DNA of 64,000 nucleotides from Longimicrobiales bacterium (GTDB lineage: Bacteria > Gemmatimonadota > Gemmatimonadetes > Longimicrobiales > Gaopeijiaceae): positions 256,001-320,000 of the forward strand of contig CBDFIQ010000001.1 of the NCBI GenBank assembly GCA_965248195.1, written 5' to 3'. The position numbers and the translations under genes are program-made. Positions 57,623 to 64,000 of the stretch are shown one piece after another; within the stretch, counting starts at the first letter, position 1; each line of letters starts with the position of its first letter. The notes below the pieces were generated by a model that did no database searches, was not told the origin of the DNA, and saw only the letters and a program-made list of their open reading frames with translations.

Positions 57623-59449
57623 ATGCGGCAGGAACAAGACAGACGTGGCGCACGCTTGAGCGTGATGGGGACGCTGCTGGTCAGCGTGCTGTTTTTCGGT
57701 GCGACCCCCCCGGACTCACCGGTGGCCGACGCGGCGATGAGAGGCGACGTCGCGGCTGTTCGGGCGCTGCTCCAGGACGGCGCCGACGTGAACGCGGCCC
57801 AAGGCGACGGGATGACCGCCCTACATTGGGCGGCGGAGGCGGGTGATTTGGAGATGGTGGGGATGTTGCTCTACGCCGGGGCCAACGTACAGGGGGTGAC
57901 GCGGCTCGGTGACTACACTCCACTGCATCTGGCCAGCAAGGCGGGTAATGAAAGGGTCGTTGCCGGTCTTCTCGAGGCGGGGGCTGATCCGAGTGCCTAC
58001 ACGACCACGGGTGAAGTCACGCCACTTCATTTCGCCGCAGTATCGGGCAGTGCGGCCTCGGTCGAGGTACTCCTCGGTCATGGCGCAGCCGTGAATGTAA
58101 GAGAGTCCGTTCGAGGGCAGACGCCCCTGATGCTGGCCGCGGGGCTCAACCGGGTCGAAGCCGTTCGGGTGCTTCTCGAGAACGGGGCGGACCCTTCGCT
58201 CCGCACGGAGGCCATCGATATTCCGGCACGCGATCGTGCGGACCGGGAGAGCTCGGCGCGGCGTGACGAGGTCATCGCAGCGTTCAAGGAGGAACAGGCC
58301 CCGGGCGATCTGGGTTGGCAACCCGACTCCAGGCAAGTGCAGGCCGCGGTTAGTGCGGCCTGGGCGATAGGTGGGGCCGAGCTCGTGGAGGATGATCCTC
58401 CAGAGAATGCCGAAGAGGCGGAGGATGATCGACCGGACTATGACCGCCAAGCCGAGGCCAGATACGCTTCTTACAGTGACAATGTGGGGGGTCTAGGTGG
58501 GTTCACGGCGTTGATCCACGCCACCCGAGAAGGCCACGTGGAATCCGCGATGGCCCTTCTGGACGCCGGCGCGGACATCGACCAACCGAGCGAGGGAGAT
58601 CACTCGAGCCCGCTCCTGATCGCCGTGATCAACGGCCACTTCGATCTGGCGGTGCTTCTGTTGGATCGGGGTGCGGACCCCAACCTGGCCAGTGACCTCG
58701 GCGCAACGCCTCTTTTTTCAGCCTTGAACGTGCAGTGGGCTCCGAAAGCCCGATATCCTCAACAGAACGCTTACAAGCAGCAGCAGGCGGTCTATCTCGA
58801 CGTCATGGAAGCCCTGCTCAAGGCGGGAGCCGACCCTGACGTGCGCCTTTCGAAGCATCTTTGGTATATGAGTTACACGTTCGATCAATTGAACGTGAAC
58901 ACGACGGGAGCGACGCCTTTCTGGAGAGCCGCCTACGCCACCGACGTGCCGGCCATGCGCCTTCTGATGGACCACGGTGCGGATCCGAACGTTCCGACCC
59001 AGATGGTGCCGTCGCGAAGGCGCCGTCCGGATCAGCTAGAGGACCTCTCAGGGTTGCTGCCTGTTCCGCTAGGGGGCGCGGCTGTGTACGCGATCCATGC
59101 GGCTACGGGGGTGGGCTACGGCGAGGGCTTCGCCGGGAACGCCCATCGGCACGTGCCGGATGCCTGGCTTCCGGCTGCGAGGTACCTCATCGAGGAGCTC
59201 GGTGCGGATGTGAACGCACGGGATCTAAACGGATACGCGCCGCTTCACCATGCCGCCGCGCGGGGGGATAATGAGTTGATTCGCTACCTCGTTGAGCAAG
59301 GTGCCGACGTGATGCTCGTGAGTAGGAAGGGGCAGACGACCGTAGACATGGCCAACGGTCCCTGGCAGCGGATCCAGCCGTTTCCCGAGACCATGGCGTT
59401 GCTCGAAAGCCTCGGCGCCGTCAACAACCACAACTGTGTGTCCTGTTGA
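57623..59449 (+). CDS. Exported ankyrin-repeat protein, copy 1
   Basis: Signal-like N-terminus; many ANK repeats (GMTALHWAA, TPLHLAS, TPLMLAA, APLHHAA); ends NNHNCVSC*. Confidence 0.9.
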   Translation: MRQEQDRRGARLSVMGTLLVSVLFFGATPPDSPVADAAMRGDVAAVRALLQDGADVNAAQGDGMTALHWAAEAGDLEMVGMLLYAGANVQGVTRLGDYTPLHLASKAGNERVVAGLLEAGADPSAYTTTGEVTPLHFAAVSGSAASVEVLLGHGAAVNVRESVRGQTPLMLAAGLNRVEAVRVLLENGADPSLRTEAIDIPARDRADRESSARRDEVIAAFKEEQAPGDLGWQPDSRQVQAAVSAAWAIGGAELVEDDPPENAEEAEDDRPDYDRQAEARYASYSDNVGGLGGFTALIHATREGHVESAMALLDAGADIDQPSEGDHSSPLLIAVINGHFDLAVLLLDRGADPNLASDLGATPLFSALNVQWAPKARYPQQNAYKQQQAVYLDVMEALLKAGADPDVRLSKHLWYMSYTFDQLNVNTTGATPFWRAAYATDVPAMRLLMDHGADPNVPTQMVPSRRRRPDQLEDLSGLLPVPLGGAAVYAIHAATGVGYGEGFAGNAHRHVPDAWLPAARYLIEELGADVNARDLNGYAPLHHAAARGDNELIRYLVEQGADVMLVSRKGQTTVDMANGPWQRIQPFPETMALLESLGAVNNHNCVSC

Positions 59450-59491
59450 GTCCTAGTCACAGCTGGTTGTGAAGGCCGGAGGCCGAGCATC

Positions 59492-62062
59492 ATGAAGACA
59501 CTGAGTGCTGCGCTGATCGGGATCGCGCTTCTTCTGGTAGGTGGAACGGCCGACACCGGTTGGGCTCGACAGGAGCCGGGAGTGCGTGGCGCTCTCGTGA
59601 CGGCCGGCTCTGCCCAGGGTGTGGCCACCCCTCCCCAGTCATCCGCAGTGATGGTCGAGCAGTATTTGGCGACTCGGGCGGGTGAGGGTCTTCGTGGGGT
59701 CGCGCCGGCCGGAGTCGCTCCGCTCGTCATCCCCCCCGAGGACCTCAACGGAGTCCTTCGGCAGTACTGCGTGGTTTGCCACAATGACGTGATGCTGACG
59801 GGGAACCTCACCCTGTCTGAGTTCGACGTGGCAGACACTCCACGGCTGGCGCAGACGGCCGAGAAGATGATCGTGAAGTTGAGGGCGGAGATGATGCCCC
59901 TCCCGGGCGCCCCGCGGCCGAGCTCGGACACGCTCCTGGCGCTTGTCGAGACGCTGGAGACGTTGATCGACGAAGCGGCGGAGGCCTATCCGAATCCGGG
60001 AATCCGGACCTTTCAGAGGCTGAATCGGGCCGAATATGAGAGCTCGATCCAGGATCTCCTGGGGCTCGACATCGACGCGGCGGATTACCTGCCGCTAGAC
60101 ACGAAGAGCGCCAACTTCGACAACATCGCGGACGTGCAACTGCTCTCCCCGACGTTGCTGAACTCCTATCTGGCCGCTGCTGGCGAGGTGAGCCGCTTGG
60201 CGCTCGGTTCTGCAGACGCCTCGGCGAGCGAGGCGACCTACACGGTTTCCCGATTGGCTTCGCAGAGAGAGCAGGTGGAGGGGGCGCCACGTGGCACCCG
60301 AGGTGGCCTCTCTCTGGTGCACAACTTCCCGGCAGACGGTGAGTATCTCTTCCGGGTTTCGTTCCACCACGAGACCACCGGCACCCTCTTCGGCAACGGT
60401 AGGGCGGCGCTCCATACGGCCGAGGCTCCCGAGCAGCTCGAGATCTCCATCAACGGGGAGCGCGTAGCCCTGCTCGAGGTCGGTCGCTGGATGCAGGCGT
60501 CGGATCCCGACGGCGTAAACCTGCGTACCGGCCCCATCCACGTGCGTGCGGGTCCGCAGCGGGTTTCGGCCGCATTCATCCAGAGATTCGAGGGACCTCT
60601 CCAAGATCTGCTGTCTCCGCACGATTGGTCCTTGGTGAGCACGAGCATCGCCGACTCATACGGGTTTCAGAGCTTGCCCCACCTACGGGATCTGGCCATC
60701 AACGGTCCCCACAACCCTACGGGCGTCTCGGAGACGACCAGCCGCCGAAAGATTTTCACCTGTCGTCCGACGGCGCCCGACGAGGCGAAGCCCTGCGCCG
60801 AAGAGATCATCTCAAGCCTGGGCGGTCGGGCTTTCCGGAGACCCCTCACCGACGACGAGCTCGGTGACCTGATGGGCTTCTACGAGATCGGCGGGGAGGA
60901 CGGGGGCTTCGAGTCGGGCATCAGGCAGGCGCTGGAAGCTATCCTGGCGAGTCCCCGTTTCGTGTTCCGCTTCGAGGAGCAACCCGCCGATGTCGAGGCG
61001 GGTGAGAACTACCGGATCAGTGACCTGGCCCTGGCCTCGCGCCTGTCGTTCTTCCTTTGGGGCACGCCCCCGGGTGAGCACCTCAGGGCGCTCGCCCTTG
61101 AAGGCCGACTCTCCGATCAGGTCGTTCTCGAGGAGCAGGTCCACCGAATGCTGGCGGACCACCGGTCGGAGGCCCTGGGCTCGAGGTTTGCAGCGCAGTG
61201 GCTCCGCTTGTCGGATCTGGAGAAGATGAATCCGGACGTGCGAGAGTACCCCGACTTCGACGAGTCCCTCAAGGCCTCGTTGTTTCGCGAGACGGAGCTG
61301 TTCTTCAACAGCATTGTCCGCGAAGACCGGAGCGTGTTGGACCTGTACACCGCAGACTACACGTACGTCAACGAGCGTCTTGCCAAACATTACGGCATGT
61401 CCGACGTCACGGGGCCGCACTTTCGTCGAACGCAGTACGCTGACGACCAGCGCAGGGGTTTGCTGGGACATGGGAGCATTCTGATGCTGACCTCCCACGC
61501 GGGCAGGACCTCACCGGTGCTTCGTGGCAAGTGGGTCATGGAGGTGCTTCTAGGCACGCCGCCCCCACCGCCCCCGCCGGGTGTGCCGGACCTGGAGGAG
61601 ACCGACGACGTGGAGGATGGCCGGTTGATCACGACGCGCGCACGGATGGAAGAGCATCGCGCGAACCCCGTGTGCAGCTCCTGTCACAAGTTCATGGATC
61701 CCATTGGGCTGTCACTCGACAACTTCGATGCCACTGGCAGGTTTCGCATCAAGGAAAACGGTGTTCCCCTCGACACCCGCGGCGAGATGTACGACGGAAC
61801 TCCTTTGACGAGTCCTGAGGATCTACGACAGGCGCTGCTGGCGCGCCCGATTCCATTGGTCCGGACGTTCACGGAGAATCTCATGGCCTACGCCCTCGGC
61901 CGGCGGGTCGAGTACTACGACCAGCCGACGATCAGGGCGATCGCCGAGCAGGCGGGAGCCAACGGCAATCGCATCTCGTCCTTCATCTTGGGAGTCGTGA
62001 ACAGTCCGGCGTTCCAGATGAGCAGGGGAGAGGCCGAGTTTGCGGAAGAAAGCGGAGGATGA
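59492..62062 (+). CDS. DUF1592-type cytochrome c protein, copy 2
   Basis: Same motifs as copy 1, including CVVCH and CSSCH. Confidence 0.9.
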   Translation: MKTLSAALIGIALLLVGGTADTGWARQEPGVRGALVTAGSAQGVATPPQSSAVMVEQYLATRAGEGLRGVAPAGVAPLVIPPEDLNGVLRQYCVVCHNDVMLTGNLTLSEFDVADTPRLAQTAEKMIVKLRAEMMPLPGAPRPSSDTLLALVETLETLIDEAAEAYPNPGIRTFQRLNRAEYESSIQDLLGLDIDAADYLPLDTKSANFDNIADVQLLSPTLLNSYLAAAGEVSRLALGSADASASEATYTVSRLASQREQVEGAPRGTRGGLSLVHNFPADGEYLFRVSFHHETTGTLFGNGRAALHTAEAPEQLEISINGERVALLEVGRWMQASDPDGVNLRTGPIHVRAGPQRVSAAFIQRFEGPLQDLLSPHDWSLVSTSIADSYGFQSLPHLRDLAINGPHNPTGVSETTSRRKIFTCRPTAPDEAKPCAEEIISSLGGRAFRRPLTDDELGDLMGFYEIGGEDGGFESGIRQALEAILASPRFVFRFEEQPADVEAGENYRISDLALASRLSFFLWGTPPGEHLRALALEGRLSDQVVLEEQVHRMLADHRSEALGSRFAAQWLRLSDLEKMNPDVREYPDFDESLKASLFRETELFFNSIVREDRSVLDLYTADYTYVNERLAKHYGMSDVTGPHFRRTQYADDQRRGLLGHGSILMLTSHAGRTSPVLRGKWVMEVLLGTPPPPPPPGVPDLEETDDVEDGRLITTRARMEEHRANPVCSSCHKFMDPIGLSLDNFDATGRFRIKENGVPLDTRGEMYDGTPLTSPEDLRQALLARPIPLVRTFTENLMAYALGRRVEYYDQPTIRAIAEQAGANGNRISSFILGVVNSPAFQMSRGEAEFAEESGG

Positions 62063-62128
62063 TGATGCAGGGGTGCACGGCGTTCGAGTCTGCATGACCG
62101 TAGAGGAGGAACAGAGGAGGCGTTGACA

Positions 62129-63523
62129 ATGGAGTTCATCACAGGAAAGCACATCTCCCGCCGCGAGGTTCTGCGCGGTCTAGGCGTGACGGTTGCGTTG
62201 CCGTTCCTGGACGCGATGATACCCGCGGGGAGGTTGTGGGCTAAATCAGGTATGGCCGCTGCGGCCGACCCCACGCGCCTGGTGTGCATCGAGATGGTGC
62301 ACGGTGCAGCCGGATGCAACGAATGGGGAGCTACCCAGAACCTGTGGTCACCGGCCAACGTGGGCCGTGACTTCGACCTCTCGCCCACGAGCATCGCACC
62401 GCTCGAGCCGTTCCGGGACTATCTGACCATCATCAGCAATACGGACGTGCAGGGAGCCGAGGCCGAGATACCCAAAGAGATCGGCGGGGATCACTTCCGC
62501 TCGAGTGCCGTGTTCCTTACGCAGGCCCATCCCAAACAAACCGAGAGCTCGGACGTCGAGGCAGGTGCCTCGCTGGACCAGCTCTATGCAAACCGGTTCG
62601 GCCAGGACACGCCCATTCCGTCCATGCAGCTCTGTATCGAGACCGTGGATCAAGCAGGTGGATGCGCTTACGGGTACTCCTGCGTGTATACGGATACGAT
62701 CAGTTGGGCGGCGCCCGACGAGCCTCTTCCAATGATTCGGGATCCTCGGATCGCCTTCGACCAGCTTTTCGGCGCCGGGGGCAGTGCGGAGCAGCGAGCC
62801 GCACGCCGGCGGAGCAGCAGTAGCATTCTCGACTGGATCACGGATGACGTGGCTCAGCTGAAGAGGGGCCTGAGGCCGAGCGACAGGCGGCGCATGGACC
62901 AGTATCTGGAGAACATCCGCGAGATCGAGCGACGGATCCAGGGGATCGAAGCGTACAACGCGAGCGGTGAAGTGCGGGAGTTGCCAGAGGCGCCTGCCGG
63001 CGTGCCGGATTCGTTCGATGAGCACGTCCGGCTGATGTTCGACTTGCAGGCTCTGGCGTTCGAAGCGGATATGACACGCGTCTTCTCGTTCAAGATGGGG
63101 CGCGATGCTTCGTCGCGGGTTTACCCGGAAAGTGGCTCCGACAAGCCGTTCCACCCCGCGTCCCATCACGGAGGCAATCCCGAGGCGGTCCTCGAGTTCG
63201 CCCAGATCAACCAATACCACGTCGGCTTGGTGCCGTACTTCCTCGAGAAGCTGCAGAACACGATGGAGGGGGACGGCACGCTACTCGACAAGACCATGAT
63301 CATCTACGGGTCTCCCATGGCTGACGGGAACCTTCACAATCACAAGCGTTGTCCGCTCTTCGTGGTGGGAGGTGCGAACGGCCAACTCGAAGGCAACATG
63401 CACCTCTCGGCTCCGGCCGGAACGCCGATGGCGAATGTAATGCTGAGCCTCATGCACAACCTGGGCCTCGACGACATGCAAAGCTTTGGTGATAGCACGG
63501 GCGAGTTCCCGTTGACGATCTGA
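62129..63523 (+). CDS. DUF1552 Tat-exported protein, copy 2
   Basis: MEFITGKHISRREVLRG; same motifs as copy 1; SD GAGGAGG. Confidence 0.9.
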   Translation: MEFITGKHISRREVLRGLGVTVALPFLDAMIPAGRLWAKSGMAAAADPTRLVCIEMVHGAAGCNEWGATQNLWSPANVGRDFDLSPTSIAPLEPFRDYLTIISNTDVQGAEAEIPKEIGGDHFRSSAVFLTQAHPKQTESSDVEAGASLDQLYANRFGQDTPIPSMQLCIETVDQAGGCAYGYSCVYTDTISWAAPDEPLPMIRDPRIAFDQLFGAGGSAEQRAARRRSSSSILDWITDDVAQLKRGLRPSDRRRMDQYLENIREIERRIQGIEAYNASGEVRELPEAPAGVPDSFDEHVRLMFDLQALAFEADMTRVFSFKMGRDASSRVYPESGSDKPFHPASHHGGNPEAVLEFAQINQYHVGLVPYFLEKLQNTMEGDGTLLDKTMIIYGSPMADGNLHNHKRCPLFVVGGANGQLEGNMHLSAPAGTPMANVMLSLMHNLGLDDMQSFGDSTGEFPLTI

Positions 63524-63576
63524 CCGGGACGTCGCCCAGAAGACCTTCGGAGGAACACGGGAGGGGCACACGCTAT

Positions 63577-64000
63577 ATGTCGGACGGAAAAGCGAGAAGC
63601 GGACTACACGTTCACGTGATCGGGGCCCTGTGCCTCACCACCTTGCTCTGGACAGCGCACGCGGAGACGCCCGTCGCCGATGCCGCCATGCGTGGCGAAA
63701 TCGAAGTGGTGAGGGCGTTGCTGAAGCAGGGTGCGGATGTGAACGCCGCACAGGGGGACGGCATGACGGCGCTCCACTGGGCGGCGGAGAACGGGGATGT
63801 CGAGATCACGGCGATGCTCATCTTTGCCGGAGCCAACCTGGAAGGGGGGACCCGCCTGGGTGACTACACACCGCTGCACCTGGCCAGTAAAGCCGGGCAG
63901 GGGCCGGTGGTCGAGACGTTGTTGGGGGCCGGTGCCGACCCGAATGCCAGGACGTCGACAGGTGCCGCGACGCCCCTCCATTTCGCCGCCGCCGCCGGCA
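63577..64000 (+). CDS. Exported ankyrin-repeat protein, copy 2 (truncated by the window edge)
   Basis: Manual translation MSDGKARSGLHVHVIGALCLTTLLWTAHAETPVADAAMRGEIEVVRALLKQGADVNAAQGDGMTALHWAA..., colinear with copy 1. Confidence 0.88.
   Translation, partial: MSDGKARSGLHVHVIGALCLTTLLWTAHAETPVADAAMRGEIEVVRALLKQGADVNAAQGDGMTALHWAAENGDVEITAMLIFAGANLEGGTRLGDYTPLHLASKAGQGPVVETLLGAGADPNARTSTGAATPLHFAAAAG

Overview
GC-rich bacterial window. The TonB and SusC/SusD protein styles and the many exported enzymes suggest a Gemmatimonadota-like organism (inference). Most genes encode secreted or periplasmic hydrolases and redox proteins. Main contents: (i) two near-identical PQQ beta-propeller dehydrogenase paralogs ~10 kb apart, both with WNYD in place of the usual WDxD motif; (ii) a tonB-M20 peptidase-GH109-GHMP kinase-M14 peptidase run in which the kinase looks like eukaryotic GALK2 (GalNAc kinase) rather than bacterial GalK; (iii) a decaying SusC/SusD + two CehA/McbA-type metallohydrolase locus (25.9-39.1 kb), hit by two different IS256 elements with intact 8-bp target duplications, carrying an IS91 remnant and bracketed by a ~65-bp direct repeat; (iv) a Tat-type amidase coupled to a 90-aa partner; (v) a DUF305 + LVIVD pair; (vi) a tandemly duplicated ~5.95-kb three-gene module (DUF1592-type diheme cytochrome c, Tat DUF1552, exported ankyrin protein) running off the right edge. 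Several genes survive only as fused head-and-tail deletion relics. No rRNA, tRNA or CRISPR array was recognised. All family calls come from motif recognition by eye; no database search was run.
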